A stretch of 63,877 bases of DNA, counting the filler, from Lenisia limosa (taxonomy: Eukaryota > Protista > Breviatea): the NCBI GenBank assembly GCA_001655205.1. It is 15 parts of 15 records of this genome, joined end to end, with 100 filler letters (N's around TTAATTAATTAA, not from the genome) between each part and the next. Parts side by side here need not be neighbours in the genome. Positions count along the whole stretch, not along the records: positions 50,115 to 54,591 come from LPNZ01011328.1; positions 54,692 to 57,343 come from LPNZ01000914.1; positions 57,444 to 58,840 come from LPNZ01003433.1; positions 58,941 to 61,627 come from LPNZ01005234.1; 11 more parts are not named here. One strand, 5' to 3'. Under the pieces are notes generated by a model that saw only the letters and a list, made by a program, of their open reading frames with translations, was not told where the DNA came from and searched no databases. Numbering within the stretch: the stretch's first letter is position 1; each line of letters starts with the position of its first letter. This document shows, piece after piece, positions 50,237-61,320 of the stretch. The position numbers and the translations under genes are program-made.

Positions 50237-53200
50237 GAGAACTCCTCACATCTCTGATGGAGCTTGACTTGGCAATTGACGACTTTGACACTGCTCTGAC
50301 CATCAACCCCTCTCAGGCGACATCCTATTATAAGTATATTGGGGAGTGGACAGCTTCGGCCAGATACTAGTTTATTTTTTTATTTTATTATTATGTTTTC
50401 AAGTTTTTTCGTTCGCGGAAGTTATGGGATTGTTGTGTTCAACCCCCATGTGCTGTGATCTAACAGAGTTGATTTTGGCTTTTTTGTTTCATACATTTCC
50501 CAATTTACCCCCCCCCCCTTACAGACGCGGAAAAGCCCACCAGCTTGCAGGGAAAACCGACCGAGCNNNNNNNNNNNNNNNNNNNNNNNNNNNNNNNNNN
50601 NNNNNNNNNNNNTTTGCGGACTACTCTACCGCCTTGACATGTAACTCCAAGTGGGCGGTTTACTAGGGTTTCACTTCGAGTCTTTTTTCGAACCGAGGTG
50701 AAGCAGAAGGTATAACGTGCCTGAATCTTAACATGAGGGGAGGTATAACGTGCCTGAATCTTAACGTGCCTGAATCTTAACATGAGGGGAGGGGTCCAAT
50801 CTATTAATATTTCAAGAGGAGTCTTGTTTTTGTTTTGAAGCTGGTGGATGTAACTCAAGTCTCACCCTTTGTTTGTTCTGTTGACACTTGTATGTTTCCC
50901 AAATGCTTAGCCAACATAGTTGATTCTAGTCTTTTTGCTTCTTGTTGTTTCATAACTTATCCTTTTTACGTGTTGATGTTGATCTAATCTTTGTTTCGTA
51001 CACATTCTTATTTCACCTCCAGATATACTCCAGCGTTGATTGCGAGAGCAAGTCTTTACCTCAGTCAGAGAAGGTATCAAAAGGTCGGCTCTTATAGACC
51101 GAAACAACGAAATAGGGGGGGTGTGCAAACTTTATATTAAACTCATAAATCTCTGAGTTACTCGTTTTTACAACTCATAAATCTCTGAGTTGCTCGTTTT
51201 TACAACTCATAAATCTCTGAGTTACTCGTTTTTACAACTCATAAATCTCTGAGTTACTCGTTTTTAGAACTCATAATTTCAAGCAAAATTGTAGTTGAGG
51301 TGCCAGTTCTAACTTGTGATAGTATTGAAAGCTAACATACTCAGGCCCAACTTGACGCTACATCAATCATTGGAAGCCCGAATCGAACTGGTCTTGCCTT
51401 CCTTATTAGGGCAAAAGCCAAATTGGGTCTAAACGCACGTCCAAGTGATGTTATTGTGAGCTTGGATTTAGTAATTGTATGGTATCAGTTATTTTTGCAT
51501 TTTTTTTTCGTTTTTGCTTCAATGATTATTTATGTGGACGGTCACATAATACTTCTTCTTATTTATCTTTCTCAACATGTTACTCTTTTCTGGACTTAGT
51601 TTTGATATTTTTACCTTTTGTATTTTCCAAGGTTTTTTGGTTTCATCAATTTTCCACTTCACCCCCCACGCAGCCAGATCTCTCCGCCGCCATCACACTG
51701 GACCCTTCGTGTTGGGAGGCTTACCTTCTCAGGTTGGGTTTCTTTATCCTATTCTAGTGCATACGTTGTTTTTAATTATTATTATATTGATATTATTTTT
51801 ATTATATTGATATTATTTTGATGAAATTGATATTATTATTATTGATATTGCTGAATTTATATTTCTTCATTATTCGTTATCAAGCAAAATCCCCACTTTG
51901 GTGAACCATTATGGACTAAAAAATCAAACAAAGAAGGTTTTACTACCCATTCGGGTATTGGTATACCAGAGTGCTTCCTGGAGTAAATGCGGAAACCAAT
52001 CCTTTAGCCAGGACCTGAAAAGGATAAGTCAACTTTAATGTTGCAAGCATATAATATATCAAGTGAACAGAAAACAACAGAAAGCAAAAAAGCAAACCTC
52101 AAAAGAGGGAGATATATACCTGCGATATGGACCACTGTCCATCCGATGGTAGCATTTTAGGACTGGAAGAAATGATAGAATACTATTTCAGAATCAAAAC
52201 TCTCAAAACATTCGCAGGTAAAAATAATAAAAAAAAAATTACCGCAAATACATTGCCTGACTCTTGGTAGCAACTATATAGTAGACCAAACAAACATTTT
52301 TTTGTTCTTAACAAGGATTTTTCTAACATCTCAGGGGCAAGTACTGTCTTGAATCAAGCGTGACTCAATCCATCCGGTAGGTTACAATAATATGGGCAGT
52401 GGACTAGGGGAANNNNNNNNNNNNNNNNNNNNNNNNNNNNNNNNNNNNNNNNNNNNNNNNNNNNNNNNNNNNNNNNNNNNNNNNNNNNNNNNNNNNNNNN
52501 NNNNNNNNNNNNNNNNNNGTACACAAAGTTTTAAAATCTCACTTACACAGCATATCGATATTGGGACTTCTCAATCTTTGTTGTTTCATTATCATGCACT
52601 ACTATTTAGAGAACTACCCATACTACCCGTCACCTTTCAACCAACATATGCCCATCACTTTTCACGTATCATTCTCTATTTTGTCACCATCCATTTAGGG
52701 ACCTGTCCATATGCATTGTGCTGAATCCGAAGCTCGCCACCCCCTTACTACTCCGAGCCAGAATATACTCAGCAGAGGGATCTACCAGCTTGGCCGCCCG
52801 CGACTATCAGTAGGATTTGGATAATAATGAAGGCTTCGTACATTTAATTAATTAAATAATTTTGAAATTTGTAGTGGGGTAATGAGCAACTTATTTCAGT
52901 CTCTGTTTTAATCTAAGCTCCTTACTACGACTTCACTTTGGTTCGAAAATAGACTGAATTTCTCAATAAATTCTTGAAAACTATCGATATTTTTCGGAAC
53001 GGAGGTGAAGTCGTAGTGCTACTTTTTTTTTTATTAATCAAAGATCGCCATTAATGCCTCAGGTCAGCACTACGTCTAGACTACAACCTAGTCACTGCAC
53101 ACTACAATCTTGGCCTTCTTTATTTGGATGGCGAGGTGAGTGGGTCCTTGTTAGAGCTGGGTTTCCTTTTTTTGGAATGGAGGATAAGGGGCTAGGTTTG

Positions 53201-54180
53201 TTATGTTTGCACGCAGTATGATTAATTGGGTGGAAATATTTACTATAATCCAATATCTCTTAAAAGCGTGATGGCGTGGACAACTTCGGCCAGATACTAG
53301 AATCCAATATCGTTTATAAGCGTGATGGGTGTGGACGGCTTCGGCCATTTTTCATTCGACTGTAATACACGCAGGACATCACGTCGGCGGAGTATTGCTT
53401 CAAGGAGGCACTGAGTCTTGATTCGACTCTTTTAACGGCGCGTGAGGCTTTGGTTGAGTGTGCAAGACATGCAGGTGGGGAGGGGACTCTTTTATATAAT
53501 GCATTATTACTATTTTATTGTATTATTACTTTATTATTAGTTTTTTTTTATTATATTATTCTTATTTTATTTTTATTATTTTTATTTTGTTTTTGGTTGG
53601 GGGTATCCGTCTTCTATAAGGGGGAGGGCTGTTATGGGTTATTGGTAGAGGGGTTTTGTTTTTCTTACCATATTAGACAACTTGCTTACCATTTAGGCAA
53701 CTTCCTTCTTGGTGCTCGAATTGCCTCGCATTTAGTCCACCAACAGCCGTGGAACCCCTCTGCCTACCTCAGAAGAGGACAGTGTCTACTCGCTGCTGGA
53801 AGAACGGAGGTGGGGGGCGTGGGTGAAATCAGAAATTTATGAAACAATAGAAGCCCGAAATCACCGCTAAGAAATAGAAGAAAACCCCTCTTGAATTTTA
53901 TATTTTTATTTTTCTTAAAAATAATTGAAACTACTTACCTCATTTAGAATGTTTTTTTTTTTAATAAAAAAAAGGTATCAATGATGAATTATATACTTAA
54001 TTTGAACACACCGCCATGTCATATATTCCGTATTAATTATTTCGGATCTAATTAACCTTATTAAAAATCCCATCTCTCCCATTTCTGATAAAATTAACCC
54101 TCCAGTTGGCCTCAGAAGATTTGAACAGAGCAGTTATGCTTTCGGTTCCCCTTCAAATCGCACTTAGAGCCCAGGGAGGG
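50237..54180 (+). CDS. Tetratricopeptide-repeat protein (TTC6/TTC16-like superhelix), internal fragment
   Basis: About 10 exons with TPR consensus: LAIDDFDTALTINPSQATSYYKRGKAH; ADYSTAL; ALIARASLYL; DLSAAITLDPSCWEAYLLR; SALRLDYNLVTAHYNLGLLYL; SAEYCFKEALSLD; PWNPSAYLRRGQCLL; ASEDLNRA. Confidence 0.85.
50400..50524 (+). repeat. Family C element abutting an acceptor
   Basis: ..TTGTTGTGTTCAACCCCATGTGCTGTGATCTAACAGAGTTGATTTTGGCTTTTTGTTTCATACATTTCCCAATTTACCCCCCCCCCTTACAG|exon. Confidence 0.8.
50708..50792. repeat. 33-bp tandem repeat with an internal partial duplication
   Basis: AGGTATAACGTGCCTGAATCTTAACATGAGGGG x2.5, directly after an internally deleted family A copy. Confidence 0.8.
51140..51277. 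repeat. 32-bp minisatellite with a palindromic core, 4.3 copies
   Basis: AACTCATAAATCTCTGAGTTACTCGTTTTTAC x4. Each unit contains an AACTCA...TGAGTT inverted pair. Confidence 0.9.
52924..53017. mobile_element. Family A foldback element with private arm ends
   Basis: ACTACGACTTCACTTTGGTTCGAAAATAGACTGAATTT ... TTCGGAACGGAGGTGAAGTCGTAGT. Confidence 0.8.
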
Positions 54181-54691
54181 GTAGGCCAGGAATTTTGAAG
54201 GAATAGCTAATAGAGTTGATTTTGTGTATTAGTACTAGTTCTCGTACCCACTTACCCCACAGTCCTCCGTTATAGACACCGAACGATTAAACCTCTCCCA
54301 AGGTCCTCTGTCACCAATGAGCCCCCTTGCTGTAATGGGGAATTTTCAAGGACGCTGGCAAGGATTAACGCACTATGACTATAAATAATTAAGATCTTAC
54401 CCTCCCTTATAATACTATTTATTCCCATTATAATCATCCCAAACATGCTATGCTTTCTAAGGTGCACCCCCATAAAGTATATAGTAGTGAGAAATGAAAA
54501 TAAGGTTGTATCTGAAGTTGTCCACACCATCACGCTAATATATAAATTCACTCAATATTTGCCTTATAAATTTGTGCACACAGCGTGCCAANNNNNNNNN
54601 NNNNNNNNNNNNNNNNNNNNNNNNNNNNNNNNNNNTTAATTAATTAANNNNNNNNNNNNNNNNNNNNNNNNNNNNNNNNNNNNNNNNNNNN

Positions 54692-55117
54692 CGGGCTCAT
54701 ATCTCGGCATTCTTCGGGAGCGCACCATGATTTGCTCTGAAAAGATTAAATAATGCCAATATGGAAAATAAGGACTACTATTGTTTATTAAACTATCTTA
54801 TACAATTAGCTCTTCATATAAATATGATATCAAGTTCCCAGAGAAAGGAAAACCAGTCTGAAAACCTTTCACAAACATACCAGGCATGAGTCTGTCCTGC
54901 GCTAATTGGTCATCATTTCTGTCTGTACTGGGGTAGCTTCTCACGTGGCTTCTGTCATTATCTCGTTGATAGGGGCTGAGAAGAGTATAAAATGAGCTTT
55001 GGAAGTGATTTTAAGCATGAACAAAAATAATAATCCCAACTTACCCTGACCTTGAAGAAAATCTTTGTTGAACATCTTTTTGTTGTTCATGGTGTCTGTT
55101 TCGGAGCTGATTCATGA
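54692..55117 (-). CDS. Hypothetical protein, 5' exons only
   Basis: Minus-strand GT-AG exons give about MNNKKDVQQRFSSRSG / PYQRDNDRSHVRSYPSTDRNDDQLAQDRLMP / EQIMVRSRRMPRYEP. No family recognised. Confidence 0.35.
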
Positions 55118-55349
55118 TGAATTAATAAAGAGAAACAAAGTAAGCTGAGTAAAACTCAGCACTCCATCGTGAACAGGGGAGAATATCTGTCTACTAATTA
55201 GTTAGAGTATTTCTTAAAATTATGTGAAATTGTGAAATACTTTATCGTGTGGAAGAGGGGGAAGCAGGGGGGGAAGAGAAGGAGCATTTTGATCAGAGTG
55301 ATCTAATGGCTAAGACTCAGAATGTATTTTTAAATTCGGCCTTTTAGCC

Positions 55350-57167
55350 ATTACAATGGAAGTTTCTGATACTGAAAAGGCCCACAAGTGGTGGGTAACC
55401 CAAAAAGATGCCATCCTTGAGAGAGATGTTTGTAGATTCCCATTTTGAACGTGTTATTCACATTATAGTTCCCTGATAAGACTGGTCCTAATGCCAGAGA
55501 ACCACTTACCTTCATGAAATACTTCGAAAAGGCTGTGGAACTTTTTGGGGACAAGGTAGTTTTTCAAAGGGGGATTTAACCCTTTCCAGCCCGCTCTTGG
55601 ATCTAAAATTGATGGCAAATGGACTATGACCACTTTCCAAGAGTACTACAATGAGTATGGGGATTATCTTCCCAACCTGCATTCTCATTAATGAATTGCG
55701 TTTTTCCAATTCAAGTTTAATGGTGCATTTATTCGGCTCGATGAATAGTTTATTTTTGCATTCTTTTGATCTTGATCAGCTGAGCGGAGCTAAAATTATT
55801 TTTTGTTTGATACCATTTTGTCAAAGTTGCTTTTCCAAAATTGGCAAATCTCCGTTCTGCATTGCCCGCCTTACAGCTTAGGACAGTTGCCCTTGCCAGA
55901 TCCTTTGTCAAAGCTGGCCTCTCTGTCGGCGGTGGTGTCGGCATCCTTGGCTTCAACTCGAAAGGTGGGTTGGATTCAGATTTGATAAATTGGCTCGGAG
56001 CAAAGTGGGGAGAGGAGGATAGTGCATCAGAATAGCACACGAGAAATTACACCGCCTGCCCTTCACTCCTCAGAATGGTACCTGGCCAACAACGCTGCAA
56101 TCTTTGCTGGTGGCATTGCGACCGGAATCTACGCTACAAACTGTGGGGGGGGGGGATTCATGATATAAACTGTGGTGTATGTGCGCGCGCGCGCGTGTGT
56201 GTGTATGTGGGGGGTATAAAGGCCTATTGTTAAGTACACAAATGGTCTTTTACGCCACAGCACCTGATGCCATTTCCTACATCGTGGACCACTCCAAAAC
56301 CGAAATCATGTTCTGCGATTCTGCGCCTCAAGTTGCCAAGGTTTGCTTGGTTACTGGACCTACTTTGCGCTTTATATGACACTTTGGCTCTGGTGATTGA
56401 GGGGGTCGAAGTCATCCTTTCTTAATACTGACACTTTAGATGATGGAAATCATTGACAGTCACCCCACCCTCAAGTACGTAGTATACTGGGGAGGAGAGC
56501 GTCAGAGCTCTTGGACTGACCAAGTTGTTTCATGGGATGAGGTTTGGGGTGAAAAGATACAATATGGTATTGACACATACATATATATACCACTATTCTC
56601 AATATGTCTTTCTCTTAATTGTTGAAGTGGGATCCTATTCCAGACACTTTATTTTTTAATTTTGTCAATAAATTTCCTCACAAAATTATTTGCATGGAGC
56701 CCTAATGAAAACTTGCTTGCTTATGCACCATGTTCAATTCAAGAAGCTGTAGTCAACTTGGCCGTAAAAATCACCGCTCAGTTTTCCTCTTGGGGACGCA
56801 CAGACGCTGCTGACTTTGAGGCTCTCAACACTGATCTTACCGAACGGATTAAGAACCAGCACCCTCTCAAGGTCTGGGGGCAAGTCATATGATGATATTC
56901 AGTGACCGTGGTCTTAATCGATTTTCCTTGGATGTTATTTTCAATGTATTCGGACAAGACTTCCCATATCCGTGTGTATGTTGTCACAAAATCAACTTGT
57001 TATTTGGAGAAAGTGTAATGGGTAAATACTTCTGTATTATGTAGTTAAAATGACATGTCTTTTATTCGGCATATTTTCTAACAATTACAGTGTGCTTCCC
57101 TTATCTACACGTCAGGAACTACTGGCAATCCCAAAGCTGTCATGTTGAGTCATGATAACTTGACCTG
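55350..57167 (+). CDS. Long-chain fatty acyl-CoA synthetase, bubblegum (ACSBG) type, N-terminal half
   Basis: TFMKYFEKAVELFGDK; KWTMTTFQEYY; ARSFVKAGLSVGGGVGILGFNS; EWYLANNAAIFAGGIATGIYATNSPDAISYIVDHSKTEIMFCD; AMP-binding CASLIYTSGTTGNPKAVMLSHDNLTW. Confidence 0.92.
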
Positions 57168-57249
57168 GTAAGCGAATAGTATATTGTACGTTAATAGACA
57201 GCCTTTTTTTCATTTATACATACCAAATACTATTATTAGTCTTCATAGG

Positions 57250-57343
57250 GTCTTTTACGCTGGAGTGATGGGATGCGGTGCTGCAGAAGCGATCAGCCTG
57301 GGCTTTGTTTGTTTTGTTATTATCAACCCTTGTGTGTTGTCAG
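57250..57343 (+). repeat. Family C element, 5' two-thirds (runs to the scaffold end)
   Basis: TTACGCTGGAGTGATGGGATGCGGTGCTGCAGAAGCGATCAGCCTGGGCTTTGTTTGTTTTGTTATTATCAACCCTTGTGTGTTGTCAG. Confidence 0.85.
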
Positions 57344-57479
57344 NNNNNNNNNNNNNNNNNNNNNNNNNNNNNNNNNNNNNNNNNNNNTTAATTAATTAAN
57401 NNNNNNNNNNNNNNNNNNNNNNNNNNNNNNNNNNNNNNNNNNNAGCACATGAGGGTGATACAGAGTACCCTCCCCCCAC

Positions 57480-58690
57480 TTTGACAAGGAAATCCACCAT
57501 GGTCAGTTTTTCGACGAGTCCTGAAGCGGCAGGATCCATCCGCTGCCACATCTGCGGTGTTAATACGGTGATGGTGGTGGTTTGATGATGATGATGATGA
57601 TGGTGTTGTTGTTGCTGATGATGACGATGAAGAAATTAATGATAATAATGCTGATAATGATCCATGATTTAAAAACATTGCACCACCCACCCCCCACCTT
57701 ATCCAGCAGTTTTGTTTCATTTTCAAGACAGAGAAGTTGGTTGGAGCCCCGACATTCTTCATGAGGAACCTGGGGGGGGGGGGGNNNNNNNNNNNNNNNN
57801 NNNNNNNNNNNNNNNNNNNNNNNNNNNNNNNNNNNNNNNNNNNNNNNNNNNNNNNNNNNNNNNNNNNNNNNNNNNNNNNNNNNNNNNNNNNNNNNNNNNN
57901 NNNNNNNNNNNNNNNNNNNNNNNNNNNNNNNNNNNNNNNNNNNNNNNNNNNNNNNNNNNNNNNNNNNNNNNNNNNNNNNNNNNNNNNNNNNNNNNNNNNN
58001 NNNNNNNNNNNNNNNNNNNNNNNNNNNNNNNNNNNNNNNNNNNNNNNNNNNNNNNNNNNNNNNNNNNNNNNNNNNNTCCAACTTAGCAATTATACGATAT
58101 ACGTATACGTATACTCCCCCCCCCCACGGATCTAAAAACGGACATGGCTCGGAGGATGGAGAAGAGGTCGGCCTTTTCAACAGGTCCGGCGTGGGGCTTC
58201 AGATTCGCATAGGCTGAGAGGGATGAGATTTAATCCACCCAATCATTTGATAAATTATACATATCGATATTGGTATATGTATGAATATGAATAAGGGTAA
58301 AAGCCCCTGCACAATAACCTAAATAGGCCATAATTTTAATCCCCTCCCACCACCATCACCATCCCCTCCCACTACCATCACCATCCCCTCCCACCATCAT
58401 TGATATCATCGCGGTACTTCTTCTTGACGATTTCGCTACTGGCCTTAGCAATGTGCTTTGTTCGTGTTGCGATTTGATCATCAAGCTCCTCTAAAAAGTG
58501 TCATATAGTATGTCTATTAGTATTATATTTTTACTATTATTAATGATAATGATATAATATAATAATTACAATTAAATAATACTAAAATACACTAATAATC
58601 CTGGGGCACCACCCACGCTGTTGTCTTTTGATTTTGCGTTCGGCAATGAGTCGGTCACCCCGAGCTACCAAATTGCTGACTACCTAGAAA
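57480..58690 (-). CDS. Hypothetical protein fragment, possibly EF-hand-like
   Basis: Minus-strand exons VVSNLVARGDRLIAERKIKRQQ / ELDDQIATRTKHIAKASSEIVKKKY / AYANLKPHAGPVEKADLFSILRAM / FLMKNVGAPTNF / MWQRMDPAASGLVEKLTMVDFLVK. Confidence 0.4.
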
Positions 58691-59101
58691 AAGTTAGTAT
58701 TAATATGGAGGTGCACAGTATTAATGATGCCAAAGAAAAATATTATATAAACATGGGGGTTTTTGTTGTTTATGTGTATTTTTCTGAATAGCTTTGAGGT
58801 TTTTTTTGCTTACTTTTATCTGCTTATAGAATACTCCCATNNNNNNNNNNNNNNNNNNNNNNNNNNNNNNNNNNNNNNNNNNNNTTAATTAATTAANNNN
58901 NNNNNNNNNNNNNNNNNNNNNNNNNNNNNNNNNNNNNNNNTCGTATGTAGTGCGTCACTGGACATCGGTCCAGTCCGGTTCGGTTCCAGGTGGAAGCACT
59001 AATCATATCGTATGATATGATTTTCTCTTAATTATATCATATTGTTCTTGGGGGAACCAAATACTGAGTGATAATATTTGAATAGGGTTCTAACGTATCA
59101 G

Positions 59102-60930
59102 CTGTGGACGTTGTGGTGTTTTTCGACTCAGATATCGACCCTCTCAATGACGTGGAAATGCTGAACAGGTGTGTGTGTGGGGGTGTTTCTAGGCCTTCAC
59201 TTCGGTTCGAAAAAGACAAGCTAAGTATCAATAGTTTTCGAGGATTTATCGAGAAATTCAGTCTTTTTTCGACCGAAGTAGAGCCCAAGGTGTTTCCCAA
59301 GATTATTGAATGTTGATTATTCTAACTCAGGAATAAGGTATTTGAATAAAGTGGAGGGGTTTTGCAGTTTAAATATGTAGGGGGCGGTGTTTCCGTAGAT
59401 ATTTTGAATGTTGATTATTCTCTGAAATCAATTGACACAATTTGATATTAAAGTGCCTCTAAATTTAATTTATATGACACTATCATTTGCGCCTCCCTTC
59501 AAAGTTTGCAACTATTGTTTCAATTAGTTGCACGGAGTCGTTATTTGTCATACAACTAGGTGACTATTTTCTTACTGATTCAAGGATAAAGTGCCCGGGT
59601 ATCCCTCGGGTGTACAGACTGGTGAACAGACACAGTCATGAGGAACTGGCTCTGCAGAAGGCCTTGAATAGCGTGAGGGGTATGGGGTAGGTAGTGTGTA
59701 AAACCTGTGAGAGGGGGAGTAACATTGTGTAATGTGTATGTAATTATATGCATATGATATATATGTGTATATTCCCTCCCTTTTATTTATTTATCATTTT
59801 CAACAACTATTTGCCTAATTGCCTTTTTAGCTGAAGGCGAACAGTGATACCATTGGTGTTGAAGATCAAATTAACAACCTGTCCAGGTGAGAGAGCACAC
59901 TGTTCAATCTTGGGGTAATATATAGAGCTTCACTTTCGGTTCCTTAAGACGTGTAGATATTTATCGAGGATTTATCGAGGGTTAATCGATGTGGACATCT
60001 TTTTGTCGGGTACAACCTTATTTTTTTATTTCCCATTGCTCTATGATATCTGATACTCTAATGGGCATCTTTGTCTCAATACAACCTTTCTCATCTTATA
60101 TTTATCACATGATTTAACCTTGAACAGATTAGTGAAACAAACTGCTGCAGTTCTTCATCTTCCTCCTGATAACTATGAACAGTTTTATGCTGAGGTTTGG
60201 GGTTATCGTCAATCTTATCAGATGTACTGCAAAATATAAAATATTATTATGACAAATTAATTTTTTGAAAATTAATTGACAAAATTTGAAATGAAAGTGT
60301 CTAAAATGGAGATCCCTTTAGAATATGTTCTGCAACAAAATTTTGCAATTTAATTTATGAATAAAATTTCTCATTTTCCTCCCTCCGCAGAAATTAGAAG
60401 CCCTTGTCATCCCCCCTGATGCCCTGCGTACCAATCTTGCCGTGTCCACCCCTAAAGGTCCTGTTGACTTGGACTGTCCATTGTTCTGGGAAAAGGTGTG
60501 TGTGNNNNNNNNNNNNNNNNNNNNNNNNNNNNNNNNNNNNNNNNNNNNNNNAATTGCGTGTTTGTGAGTGAGAGAAGTAAACATCTAACTTATGCCACAT
60601 ATCTTCACCTTGCTACATTTTACATACTTTAATAAGGATTCTGTGGGATTTTAGTAACATTTAACTCTAATGTTTACCCGTTTTGTTGTGTATTTCTCAA
60701 CTGTTTACATCAGACTTTTTTTTTGCTGTTTCATAAATTGTTTATTTTTTACTCCTACCCCCAGGTACTCCCGCCTCTAGCCCCTGTCAAAACAGAGATG
60801 ACAGCAAAAGAGAGGGCTCTCTCGCGCACTCGTCAAAACATCGCGCAAAACACGCAAAGAATTGCGCAAAGCACGTCAAGAATAGCACAGGCCACTCGAC
60901 CATCCGACCAAGATTATATCATGGTTCCTG
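59102..60930 (+). CDS. SNF2/CHD-family helicase C-terminal lobe with degenerate motifs, plus tail (fragment)
   Basis: AVDVVVFFDSDIDPLNDVEMLNR|IKCPGIPRVYRLVNRHSHEELALQKA aligns to the SNF2 consensus [38 protein letters not shown].IL..A. Confidence 0.7.
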
Positions 60931-61230
60931 GGGTGTCATTGGGGAATTAATATTGTACTGGAAGCGACTAAAAGGGTGATGGTGACAAATTCGACCTTGT
61001 GTCATTTTTATCTTTTTTTTTTTGGATTCACTTCGGCCACCGAAATAGTCTATAATCGAAAATTTTCGCTATTTTAACGGATTTTTGGAAGCGTAGTGAA
61101 ACCTTAGTCCCTAGCTAAAGCCCTTGATTAGAGGTTCACTTCGATTCAGGCTTAATTATATGATAAATCCTCAGTAAACATCGATATTTTACCGATCTTT
61201 TTCGCATCTGAGAGAATCCATCTTTATTTA

Positions 61231-61320
61231 AGGCTTCACTCCGGTCACAAAAAGACTGCTATAATATACGGTAGTTTTCGAGGATAGAATTCCGTCCTTT
61301 TTGTGACTGAAATGAAGCCC
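61231..61320. mobile_element. Family A foldback element, third of three clustered copies in one intron
   Basis: AGGCTTCACTCCGGTCACAAAAAGAC ... GTCCTTTTTGTGACTGAAATGAAGCCC. Confidence 0.8.

Noticed and set aside
51140-51277. 32-bp palindromic direct repeats resembling a CRISPR array
   Set aside because: The units are head-to-tail with no unique spacers, lie in a eukaryotic intron, and no cas genes are present. This is a minisatellite.
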